Translations under genes and position numbers: made by a program
Shown here: positions 26,617-36,800 of the stretch, piece after piece
Position numbering within the stretch: position 1 is the first letter of the stretch
Layout of the letters: every line of letters begins with the position of its first letter
From: Fibrobacteria bacterium
Lineage (GTDB): Bacteria; Fibrobacterota; Fibrobacteria; UBA11236; JADFYW01
DNA: 39,591 nt
Reading direction: 5' to 3'
Assembly (NCBI GenBank): GCA_050294405.1
Contig: JBNKOC010000015.1
Coordinates: 1 to 39,591 of the forward strand
The notes under the pieces: model-generated
The model's input: only the letters and a program-made list of their open reading frames with translations
Databases searched by the model: none
Told to the model about the DNA's origin: nothing

Positions 26617-29523
26617 CTAATAATTGTCGTAAAGCCCGGTTATTTCATCGTCCGAAAGGGCATAATTGTATATACGAACTTGATCCAACGCGCCAATGTA
26701 CTGGTTGCTAATTCCCTGGGCAATGCTGCTTAACATCCCTCCCATTATCAAACTTGACTTAGAGGCCTGAAAAGTGCCGTCCACGGATTTCTCCGTTTTA
26801 ACATTGTTAAGAAAAATGCTTAACTTTCCCTGGCTGTACCGGGCTACAATATGGTACCAAAAGTAGCGGGCAATTCCAAAGCCCGAGGCCTGGACTTCTC
26901 CCACGCCAGGAACCACAAAATTTGGCAAATTATTGCTTCCTATGGACAAATAATACCCAGTGTTATTTGAGCCGTGATGAGATATCATAACGGCATCACT
27001 GAGAAAAGATTGCGCGGTTCTCATCCACAAAGAGACGGTAAAACCCCTCTCATCATCCATGTTAGGGTTGTCTTCGCCCGGAACTTCCACATAATCCTGA
27101 TTGCTGTTAAATTGAATGGCATTGGCTGAATTCCCAAATTTGTCGGCGATAAAACTCGTGCCATTGCTTTTTCCATGTCGCCCTTGTCCACTTTCATCAT
27201 TTACTGAGTTTGAAAAGGGGTAAAAAGCCCATAAACCTGATTGAGGAGGCTCAATTATGGAAAATACATCCGAACTTTCGCTGCTGATATTGTTGCCAAC
27301 AATGCTTACTCTAATTTTGGCCTCGTTGCTCTCTCTATTGGGAATAGTCCAGGTGTAATAGCCTATGTTAGGAGCTGAATTACTGATGCTAATCCAGGTA
27401 GAACCGCCATCGATGCTGTACTCAATTTCAACTTCACTAACATCACCGGTGGTGGACCAAGTTATAGATTCAGTTGTACCCGATGTCCAGGATTCTCCAC
27501 CCATTGGGGCGCTCAGACTAATGGTTTGCATTGGGGCCAGTTCAATAATATAACTGGCGCTTTGCACATCGCTTGAGGTAAAACCATCTTTAACAGCTAT
27601 GGCTTTTACAGTGACGGAGTTATCTATTATTATGCCATCCTCAAATAATAAGCCGGTCTCCTCCGAAGGAGATGTTCCGTCAAGGGTGTAATAAATCTCT
27701 GCATCTTCGGGAACTGAAGTTAAATAAAGGGTTTTCGTTTCATAATAAGTGCCGCCCTGAGGAGAAAAATTCACGTTTTCCACTTTAAATTCAAAGACCT
27801 GCGTCCTTACCTGGCTCGGGTTTAGCCCGTTAAAAAATGCTATTGATTTCAAAGTTGTGGTTTTGTCCAGGGTGACGGGATCGGCATAGAGGTTTGAATT
27901 TTTATCAGGTTCGCTTCCATCTTGAGTATAGTATATATTGGCCCCTTGGGTGGCGCAGTTAATGCTTACATTAACCGGTCTTGAAAAAATGCCGGAAGAG
28001 GGTGAATAACTGGGCGTTGCAACATTGCCAAGAATTTGTATGTCATAAGTGGCTTCGGCAACCGCACTGAGAACTCTTTCATCCATAATTGCTATTACTT
28101 TAAGGGTGGCCGAATTGGCTATTTCCAAATTTCCATTATATGTAGTGGAATTGGAATCTGGTACGGAGCCGTCCAATGTATATTTAAAAACCGCTCCGGA
28201 ATCATCAGAAGAAATTGTTATGTATTGTTGAGTAGCATAAGACCCTCCAGGAGGATCTATTACAGGAACGGCATTTTGAATTAAATAGGAAGAGCTAATA
28301 ACATTACTGGTATCCCCCCCCACTGAAATCGCCCTGGCTTTAAGTTCGGTATTTTTAATTAGGCTAAAGGGGGCCACATATTTTGTAGAAGTCAAACTTG
28401 GGATGTTTCCATCCAATGTATAATAAATATCTAATGTATCGCTACTTACACTAAGAGTAATCGTCTGCGAGCTCACGAAAGTCCCACCATCCGGCTCAAT
28501 TAATGGGCTTTCAATTTGGCCCGCAATTGAAATAGTATAAAGCCTGTTTAACTCCTCACTTTGCGTCCAGCCCTGCTTAAAGCCTTTGGCTTTAAGCCTT
28601 GTAGTTTTATCAATAGCAATAGGAACTGCATATTGCTCAGATCGGGCTGTAGGCTCCATGCCATTTGTGGTATAGCGAATAACTGCCCCTTGAGTGTTTA
28701 TACTTAAAGTCACGGTTTGTCCATTGGGATAAGTTCCAGCTAAAATATTGGCATTGGGTTCTAAAACCACCAAATTATATTCCGCGGTGACTATGGGGCT
28801 TGGCTCCTTTCCCGGAACAAAGCTTCTGGCTTTAATAATCATATTGCGATTTACCGAAAGGGAATCTATATAACCGTTGTTTAAAGGAGTGGGTTCGCTG
28901 CCGTCAAATGTATAACGGATAACCGCATCGCTATCCATTGTACTAAGAGCTATTTTTAATGTATCGTGATATATTTCGTCGCCTTCCTCCCAATCACTGA
29001 TAAACAAACGGCTTGGAGGAGGCCAAAATTGGGGAGCTTCAGCGCGAATCGCAATATAATAACTGCCTGCCACGATGTTACTTGCCAACTCGCCATTTTT
29101 AAAAAGCGCTACTTTCAAAAAACTGGTGTCATTCAAAACCAAACTGTCAGAATAAAGGAGGGATGTATTTTCCGGGGTTGTTCCATCAAGGGTATATCTC
29201 AATTGCCCCTGGCCCGCCGTACTTATGCGTATAACAATTGCTGAATCATAACTTCCCGAGTCCAAATTAATCTGGGGGGCGTTTAGCTGCCAAAGCTCAA
29301 AGGTTTCCTTCTGATTTTCTTTGGCTAGTTCCAAACACTCTTCTAAAGATAGTTTGCAGTTAGGCGCCCAAATTTCCAGACTATCGGCAACGCCATCTTT
29401 ATCCCCATCTTCTATCCACAAGGAATCTGCCTTGGATATGGTATTTAATGGCGAATCAAAGTTTTTAGAGCAATATATTCCCAGTAACGCAAAAAGTACT
29501 GAATATATGCCAAATCGTCCCAT
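26617..29523 (-). CDS. large lipoprotein with seven CHB_HEX_C/Fn3-associated repeats, an Ig-like domain and a C-terminal LamG/ConA domain
   Basis: Lipobox-like LLGIY-C; seven YTx(D/N)GxxP motifs; YSIDGGSTW; FTVSLW, WYHIV, GALDQVRIYNYALS. Confidence 0.88.
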   Translation of the reverse strand: MGRFGIYSVLFALLGIYCSKNFDSPLNTISKADSLWIEDGDKDGVADSLEIWAPNCKLSLEECLELAKENQKETFELWQLNAPQINLDSGSYDSAIVIRISTAGQGQLRYTLDGTTPENTSLLYSDSLVLNDTSFLKVALFKNGELASNIVAGSYYIAIRAEAPQFWPPPSRLFISDWEEGDEIYHDTLKIALSTMDSDAVIRYTFDGSEPTPLNNGYIDSLSVNRNMIIKARSFVPGKEPSPIVTAEYNLVVLEPNANILAGTYPNGQTVTLSINTQGAVIRYTTNGMEPTARSEQYAVPIAIDKTTRLKAKGFKQGWTQSEELNRLYTISIAGQIESPLIEPDGGTFVSSQTITLSVSSDTLDIYYTLDGNIPSLTSTKYVAPFSLIKNTELKARAISVGGDTSNVISSSYLIQNAVPVIDPPGGSYATQQYITISSDDSGAVFKYTLDGSVPDSNSTTYNGNLEIANSATLKVIAIMDERVLSAVAEATYDIQILGNVATPSYSPSSGIFSRPVNVSINCATQGANIYYTQDGSEPDKNSNLYADPVTLDKTTTLKSIAFFNGLNPSQVRTQVFEFKVENVNFSPQGGTYYETKTLYLTSVPEDAEIYYTLDGTSPSEETGLLFEDGIIIDNSVTVKAIAVKDGFTSSDVQSASYIIELAPMQTISLSAPMGGESWTSGTTESITWSTTGDVSEVEIEYSIDGGSTWISISNSAPNIGYYTWTIPNRESNEAKIRVSIVGNNISSESSDVFSIIEPPQSGLWAFYPFSNSVNDESGQGRHGKSNGTSFIADKFGNSANAIQFNSNQDYVEVPGEDNPNMDDERGFTVSLWMRTAQSFLSDAVMISHHGSNNTGYYLSIGSNNLPNFVVPGVGEVQASGFGIARYFWYHIVARYSQGKLSIFLNNVKTEKSVDGTFQASKSSLIMGGMLSSIAQGISNQYIGALDQVRIYNYALSDDEITGLYDNY

Positions 29524-29586
29524 TTATAAACCTTAGCCCTATTATACAATAATAAACGCGACTGCCCCAAAGCCAAATGCAAATGG

Positions 29587-30816
29587 CTAAAAAGCTAAAA
29601 CCACCCCAGCCGTCAAAACTAATCCTCCCCCTAAAATGCCATAAATCAGGCGTTTTTTTTCGGAATCTTTTACATTTTGCTCATGGGTGGATCTGTTTTC
29701 TAAAGACAAAGAATTTTTCCATTTTTCATATTCATCCTGAACGTTTTCATGTTCCACCCAGGCTTGATACCCCAAAATTCCAGCAGCTACAAAAGATGCG
29801 CCACTAACAACCCACTTCCAAGCCTTGCTTTTGGGTTGTCCCCCAGTTGATTGGGAAGTTTGGGGACTTTCTTCCACTTTTAACAATGTGGAAAAAAACT
29901 TGTCCTCAAATTTAAGCAACTTTCTGTATTCTTCAGCTTCATAGGGCCATTCCCGAACCAGTTTTTGATTCTGGATATCATAGAGGGCCAATTTTAATTT
30001 AAAGTTTTCGGAGACTCGGTTGAGCTTGGAGTAAATCAAAAAATCGAGACCTAATTTTTCGCCCAATGGAATCATGACCTCTTTAGTGGTGTTTATCTGA
30101 GTAACATCCAGTTTTAAGGCATCCACTAAAAAATTCAGTTCGGTTTGGCCTATCAGATCATATTGGCCTGAGGTATAAGCGTGAGTCGCCAAACGCTCAA
30201 AAAGAATTTTGGAATAATCGGAAGGAACACTTAAATCAAGAATTCCCAAAAGACCTTTTGCGGGAATTTTATTAATAACAATTTTGGCGGGGTCCAATTT
30301 AAAAATCAATTGTTCGAATCGATGTATGAGCGCTTCAGTGGAGTTTCCTCTGGACTTGATAAACACCTCCCCCACTTCAGACCAAACCACTTTTGTGGCG
30401 GCTATATCAATTAAATTCAGGTTGTATATGTAAAGGTCCTGGAAGCGGGTTACCGTGGAATACAAGCTGTACTCGGCCTGCATCACACTTCCCGCATCAT
30501 AAGCGCAAGTGAACTCCTTACAGGGTTTGTTCACGTCCATTTCGTATTCTTTGTATTTGCTTTTTATGGTTTCAAAAGGGATAACATCCCACATTTTGCT
30601 CTTTTTAAAAATATTGCGGATTTGATCGGATAAAACCGGCAGCACAGAATAAGTGGCTAGATTTACGGGGTTTAAAATGAGAATTCTGGGTAATTGATTG
30701 TTATTGTCATCATACAAACGACCATCATCAAATTGGCACCAGCTTTTAGATATCAACACTAATACAAAAAGTACCGGGTATACTTTAACTCTCAAACATC
30801 CCCTCAAATTTTTCAA
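29587..30816 (-). CDS. exported hypothetical protein with tandem CsgG/TolB-N-like domains and two C-terminal hydrophobic helices
   Basis: CKEFTCAYDAGSVM motif; paralogous to 2073-3032; WKWVVSGASFVAAGILG and LIYGILGGGLVLTAGVVLAF tail. Confidence 0.6.
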   Translation of the reverse strand: MKNLRGCLRVKVYPVLFVLVLISKSWCQFDDGRLYDDNNNQLPRILILNPVNLATYSVLPVLSDQIRNIFKKSKMWDVIPFETIKSKYKEYEMDVNKPCKEFTCAYDAGSVMQAEYSLYSTVTRFQDLYIYNLNLIDIAATKVVWSEVGEVFIKSRGNSTEALIHRFEQLIFKLDPAKIVINKIPAKGLLGILDLSVPSDYSKILFERLATHAYTSGQYDLIGQTELNFLVDALKLDVTQINTTKEVMIPLGEKLGLDFLIYSKLNRVSENFKLKLALYDIQNQKLVREWPYEAEEYRKLLKFEDKFFSTLLKVEESPQTSQSTGGQPKSKAWKWVVSGASFVAAGILGYQAWVEHENVQDEYEKWKNSLSLENRSTHEQNVKDSEKKRLIYGILGGGLVLTAGVVLAF

Positions 30817-30939
30817 AATATCCTAATAGTTAAACTAAAAAATAGTTTCATGTTCCCAACTAGCATTTTACCATATTTTACTCTAGAGGTCCCCTTTAAT
30901 AGCCTGGGATGGGACCAAGTTGTACCCGGAAAATTTACC

Positions 30940-31013
30940 TACCCCCGACAGGAATTGAACCTGTGGCCTGCGGTTTAGGAAACCGTCGCTCTATCCAACT
31001 GAGCTACGGGGGC
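30940..31013 (-). tRNA. tRNA-Arg(CCU)
   Basis: GCCCCCGTAGCTCAGTTGGATAGAGCGACGGTTTCCTAAACCGCAGGCCACAGGTTCAATTCCTGTCGGGGGTA folds as a cloverleaf with anticodon loop TTCCTAA; CCA not encoded. Confidence 0.95.
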
Positions 31014-31081
31014 CTAAGGTAAAAAGGCCAAATTAGAAAAAAAAAGGGAATTTTAAATATTCTTTTTCGCCCAAAAGGAAC

Positions 31082-33823
31082 TTAAATAGAATAGCCCAAT
31101 ACAAAATGCCAGGCTCCATAGCCCCAAGGTTGAATTCGGTGGCCATAGTGGATTCCAATGGGGCCAATGGGAGTGATATAACAAAGACCAACTCCGGGGG
31201 TCCATTTAATGTCGCCCAAATTATTTTTAAAGCTGCTATAGGGTTTTTCTGTCATATCCATATAACCCGCATCCATAAACAACACCGATTCCAAATTTTT
31301 GTAAAACTCCCAGCGGACTTCTAAAGCTCCCGCCAAAGCAATATTGCCTCCGTTGGGGTCCAAACCGTTTTTTAAATACCCTCTGACACTGGAAGATCCT
31401 CCTAAATAGGCTCTCTGGTCCTCAATTAAATTGGTGTCGTTTATTATGATAGAAGACAGTTCTGCTGCAAAAGTTAAAAAGGGAATGGGAGTATAAAATG
31501 CTTTACCCAACCAATTGTAGCGAACAAAATTATCTTTATCTACGCCATCCAGATTCTTGGACACATCCACTCCAAAGCGGGTGAAAAAACCACGGCGTGG
31601 CCTAATAAAAGAATTGCGATTGTCGAACTTAATGTAGGGTTCCACTAAAATATTGTTTCGGTATTCATCATTAGAAATATTCCGGGTCACCCCTTCGGCT
31701 CGTCTCAGCTCATATTCATTTCCAATTCCCATTTCAAAATATTTATAAAGCGATTTGTGAAAGTTTAAGGAGGTGTAAAAGTTTTCCCTAAAGAAATCGC
31801 TTCCAACTTCTAATGACCTTTCGTAACCCACAATCATGGAAGAATAGAGGGAGTATCCCAAAAATGCCGGATCGGAAACTCCCACTTCAGATCCCCAGCC
31901 GAATTCATCCCATTTAATTTCGTCTATTTCACGGTGGGTTATTTTTCCATGGAGCCAGCCATGTTTGTTAAGACCCCACAAATTTTCATTTCCCAATTGA
32001 CTTTCTAAAAAACCGCCCCGGTCCGATTCATAGCCTAACTTCAGCTTTAGGTAGTGGGTTTTCCGTTCTTCCACGCTTAACATTAAAAAAACACTATCCC
32101 GCTTTTCCAGCAGACCTAAAGTGTTCAACTGTATGTTATTAAACAATCCCAAATTTTGCCAATTTCTTTGGCTTTCCAGAGTTTTTACCAGAGAAAAAAC
32201 ATCGCCGCTGGTCATTTCCAATTCCCTGTTTAATACCTTTTGCCGGGTATTAAAATTTCCCTTTAAAAATAAACCGGAGAAATAAACTCTGGGACCCAAT
32301 TCCACCTTCCAGTTGATTTTAACCTGGGAACTGTCTTCCAGATAGGACTTTTCAAATGCAATTACATTATGGGGATAGCCCAACTCTGAAAATTTAATGC
32401 TTATTTCATTTTGGGCGGATGTTAGTTCTTTATAGTTAAAAGGCTTTTGTAACAGGGGAAATTCGCCATATTTATGCAAAATTTTTTCCTGCTCTGTTTT
32501 CAGAGCCGGGTAACTGATTTCGGCAATTCTTTCCTGCCGTCCTTTACTTACAAGGTATTTTATAGATACGGGGACAATTTGTTTTTTTTCTAGCAATTCT
32601 GAATAAACATAATGAGTGTCAATTTGAGGAGATACATTTCCATTTTCAAATAGGTAGGAGGATATTCGAATTTTTTCTTCATAGGGAATGCTTGGGTGAA
32701 AGGGACCTTTTTTAAATAATAACCGCTTTTCAATTTCAGCCTTGACTTCCGGCTCCACTCCTTCTAATTCAACTTTGTTAATTTCGTATTGGGGCCCCTC
32801 CTCAATAACAAATTTTATTTTTTTTATTTGAGTGGTGCTGTCTATGCTCCCCTTTACTTTTGCCTTTAAAAATCCATGTTGAGAATAATAATCCGCAATC
32901 TGGTTTAAACTTTTTTTATAGCCTACATTACGCTTGTTTCCTCTGGAAAAAGCCAGCTGTTTTTTTAGCTTTCTTTTACCTATCGCATCATTTCCCAAAA
33001 ATTCAACGTTATATTTTTTTCCGGCTAAAACATTGATGTTAATATGGGCTTCCATTTTGAGGGAATCCAATTTGATTTCACTTTCCAATTGAACATCATA
33101 AAAACCTTTTTCCAAAAAATATTCTTTTAAAGCCCTCTCTTCTTTTTCTAAAGCTTTAACACGAAACCTTCTCCCGGTTAACATGGGCAGGGCGCGTTGG
33201 AAGCCCATAAGTTTATTTACTGTGATAAACCTTTTCCACCAACCCGTTCCCTTTAAGGCAAAATGTTTAATATGAAAAACCCTGCTGTTTAGCAATTGGA
33301 ATTTCAAATTTAAATTGTCAGAAGGTTTTTCTTCCACAACTTCAACAGCGATACTGTCACAAATGACCCCTTCCTCTAATAAATAGGAAGTCAAAGATGT
33401 TTTTTCCTCTCTTAATTTATTAAGGTCAAATACATCGCCGGCTTTTATGGAAATGGCATCCAGAATCTCATCCTCAAATAGAGGCGAGGGGTTCATAACT
33501 TCTATTCCGTGTATTAGTTTTGGCTCAGATTCAATGGTGATTATTGCCTTGGGTTCGGAAATTTTATCCATAAAACTTATACTGCTTTTCCCCGTCCAGC
33601 CCGATCTTTTTATCCTGCTATCAGCTTCCCACAGGCTATCTTTAGGCCATTTTTTTTCAGGACTAAACCCCGAAATTTTCTGAGCTAAGTTCAGCCAATA
33701 ATTGCTTTTTTCAGGCGGAATTTTTTCCCCTGCTCTATATTCCAGGTTATAAAGGAGCTCGGCTTCAACTATGGGGATCCCCAAAAACAAACAACAAACA
33801 AGGGAAACTATTTTTAACGCCAT
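31082..33823 (-). CDS. Omp85 family (BamA/TamA-like) outer-membrane protein with multiple POTRA domains
   Basis: Repeated YxxxGF/Y POTRA motifs; YLGGSSSVRGY; YITPIGPI; aromatic C-terminal strand. Start 33823 or 33835. Confidence 0.92.
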   Translation of the reverse strand: MALKIVSLVCCLFLGIPIVEAELLYNLEYRAGEKIPPEKSNYWLNLAQKISGFSPEKKWPKDSLWEADSRIKRSGWTGKSSISFMDKISEPKAIITIESEPKLIHGIEVMNPSPLFEDEILDAISIKAGDVFDLNKLREEKTSLTSYLLEEGVICDSIAVEVVEEKPSDNLNLKFQLLNSRVFHIKHFALKGTGWWKRFITVNKLMGFQRALPMLTGRRFRVKALEKEERALKEYFLEKGFYDVQLESEIKLDSLKMEAHININVLAGKKYNVEFLGNDAIGKRKLKKQLAFSRGNKRNVGYKKSLNQIADYYSQHGFLKAKVKGSIDSTTQIKKIKFVIEEGPQYEINKVELEGVEPEVKAEIEKRLLFKKGPFHPSIPYEEKIRISSYLFENGNVSPQIDTHYVYSELLEKKQIVPVSIKYLVSKGRQERIAEISYPALKTEQEKILHKYGEFPLLQKPFNYKELTSAQNEISIKFSELGYPHNVIAFEKSYLEDSSQVKINWKVELGPRVYFSGLFLKGNFNTRQKVLNRELEMTSGDVFSLVKTLESQRNWQNLGLFNNIQLNTLGLLEKRDSVFLMLSVEERKTHYLKLKLGYESDRGGFLESQLGNENLWGLNKHGWLHGKITHREIDEIKWDEFGWGSEVGVSDPAFLGYSLYSSMIVGYERSLEVGSDFFRENFYTSLNFHKSLYKYFEMGIGNEYELRRAEGVTRNISNDEYRNNILVEPYIKFDNRNSFIRPRRGFFTRFGVDVSKNLDGVDKDNFVRYNWLGKAFYTPIPFLTFAAELSSIIINDTNLIEDQRAYLGGSSSVRGYLKNGLDPNGGNIALAGALEVRWEFYKNLESVLFMDAGYMDMTEKPYSSFKNNLGDIKWTPGVGLCYITPIGPIGIHYGHRIQPWGYGAWHFVLGYSI

Positions 33824-36800
33824 CGAATTCCCCATTGCACCGCCCCACCATATACATCCTCAGTATCCTGGAAGCCTTCCAGAATATAAGATTCCAATAA
33901 CTTGTATTCGGCGCTTCCTTTTTGGATTACTTGGCCTTTATCCGTTTCCAAGGTATAAAAGGTGGTTAAACGCCTGGTGATGTTTTTCCCAAGTTTAAGG
34001 CTTATTTTATCGGACTGTTCCCCTGTTTTTGTTTGGCCTGCTTCTATTTCCAATACATCCAGGCTGGTGTTTTCTTTGAGGGGTTTGGAAATGGCGTTGG
34101 CCATATAGGATAACAACAAGCTTTCTTTGGAAACAGGCTTTTCACCTTCTTTTCCCAGCAGCTCTGAAGATGTTTTATTAGTAGCCAAAACCGTAAGGAT
34201 ATCCGCCATTTCCAGGGGTGGGTTGGCATTTTTCTCACTTAAACTAAGAACCAGATTATCAGGAGCTGTTCCATTAATTCCCAGTTCAATCAACCAATCT
34301 CTGATTCCAATTTGGCTGCTAATATTTAAACTGGCTTCAGTTTTATAGGGATTTAAAAAATCAATGACTGCCTTAGTAATTTTAAAATCCCTTCTTCTCC
34401 ATTTGATAACTCCTTCTTTGCCTTGCGCTCTGCCGATAACTACGGGGTTTAACATTTTACCCTGAACTTTAACATCTGGAATAAGCTCCAAATAAGCCAC
34501 ATTGTTATCCACCACCAGGGGCCTTTTGCTATTCACCCCAACATCCAGAATGATATTATTGATAAGCCCCCCTTTAGAAGTATCTGGAAGCTCTGGTGGT
34601 GGCGCGCGCTCCGTTTCAGAGGACACAATATTATTTAGCCTCAGATTTTGATAATAAAGGCCATCTAATAAAGTGAGTTGCCCTTTTATTAAGCCTGAAG
34701 CGCTGTCCCCTTTTAAATTGGCGTCCAAATCAAATAATAAGTCTAAAGTGTTGGGCAAGATAAAAGGCACACGGTTAGCCGCCAGGTTCAAATTATAATT
34801 AATAGGTTTGAAATTTTTATGGTCCATTTCTCCTTTAATTTTGATGGAACCCCTATCCCAATAACCAAGTAAGCTGTCCAGGCGCAGAGTGTTTGCATCT
34901 CCATTTATTTTCGCCATTTCAATTTTTAATGTTTGCTCCAGGGAAGGCGGGGTATAAATAATATTTTCCAATTGGATATTGGCCTTGTAGCTGGGTACAT
35001 TGTCCTTATATTTTAAACTAGCTTTGGAATACAAAGTCCCCGACAATTCCAAATCTGGGGGCATCAGCACAACAAAATCTTCCAGTTGGGCTTTTAAATC
35101 CAATTCAGCATTTATTTCGTTTTTTAAATCTCCACTGGCATCAATATGTATGTAACCGTTTTCCCCTAATTCCATAGCAAAGTTTTCCGCCAAAATATTT
35201 CCATTTTCCAATTGGAACTCTTGGTCAGTTACCCGAACAATATCTTTGCCATCCTTAGACAAATTCAGATTTTGAAATTTGGCTCTTGCATTCGCATTTA
35301 AAATGCGCTTACTGTTTCCCGCAACTCCAAGCTCACCGGACAAAAAGCCTACCCATCCGTCCATTCCAGCTAATTTAAGAAAGGGGGCCAATTCAATGTT
35401 ATTAAGCATTAGTTGAGATTGAAAATCAGAAGTTAATGGATCAAAATAAAATGGCCCTTCGATTAACTGCTTAAATTCTCCATTTACTTTTTTATCCTCA
35501 TATTTTGCAAAGACATTTAACGCGTCAATAAGAACGTTTTTGTATTGAAAGCCAAAAATGGAGGCTTCCATTTCAACTTGAGGGTCATCTAAACTACCAG
35601 CTCCTGTCAAACTCAAATTAACTTTGGCCCCAGCCGCATCCGCACTGTCCAAAGCATTTAAGGCTGCTAAATGAAATTCCTTGGAATTAATATCTACAGC
35701 AAAACTTTTCCCGGGAACTATTCCCCCGGATAAGTTTATGATGTTATTTCCGCTTAGGTTAATTTTGCCAGCCCCAATACTAATACTGTCCGCTAAAATT
35801 TTTAGAGGGATGTTTAGTTCTGATATACTTTGAGGGCCCAGTTTTAATTGACTTCCATTTATTACACCCTCCCCATTCATTTGCGGCCAACTACCCGAGG
35901 CTTTTAAATCTGCGCTGACGATTCCCCCTAAACTGCTATCTAATTCTTCTAAGTGGAGCTTTGCATCTAAGTTAAGCTGCAAAACTTTTGGAATTGTTTC
36001 TTTTAGAGATAATAAGTTGTTGTTAAATAGTTGGGCCTCTCCCACTAGTTCAATTCGGCTTTCTTTCAAATTTGCTTTTAATTGGCTTAACTTAAGGTAA
36101 CCCGTGGAATCCAGGGAAGTCATTAATTGAACAGATAATGGACCTTTTTGAATTGCCTCTGCATCCCTAACACCCAAAGAAAGATCAATATTAGGTCTCA
36201 AATAATTTCCAGCTAACCTTATTTGTGAGTTTAATTCGCCTGCAAAACTTCCTCCCTGGCCCGACCAAATAGCCAGTTCCCCCAAGTCCATGTTAATGAT
36301 ATCAAATGTGGCTTGACTGCTGGAATCCATCAAATTGAAATCACCGCGACTGGAAATTTTTCCCTTTGCCATTTCCAAATCAAAATTTTGCCAGCTTATT
36401 TGGTTGTTGTTTATTTGCAGACTTAGCTTTCCCTGGGCTTTAAGCTTTGTTTTTCCAGGCTGGTAATCCAGGTTATGCAACGTCCACTGCCCAGATACAT
36501 TTAGGTCCAAATTGGAAGGCATAACTCCCTTCCCAGCTATTTCAAAATCACCAGCTACCAATCCATTTTGAAAGCTGCTATCCCACAAATAAGGATCCAT
36601 GTCCCAATTTTTAACATCCAGTTTTCCGCCATAGCTAAGCTCGTTTAAATCTTTAAGACTATCCAAAAAACCTGAGGGAAAAGCCTGTTTGGCGTCAAGC
36701 CTTCCCTTAAAATTAAGGCTGCCCTTGCCTTGCTTCAATTGCAATTGGGATATCACAGCATTTCTATCCAAAAGCTCAGCCTCAATGTTTCCATTTAACC

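Noticed and set aside
30940..31013. tRNA-Arg as integration site for a genomic island carrying the signalling block
   Set aside because: No integrase gene, and no duplicated tRNA 3' end (att site) was found by eye in the window
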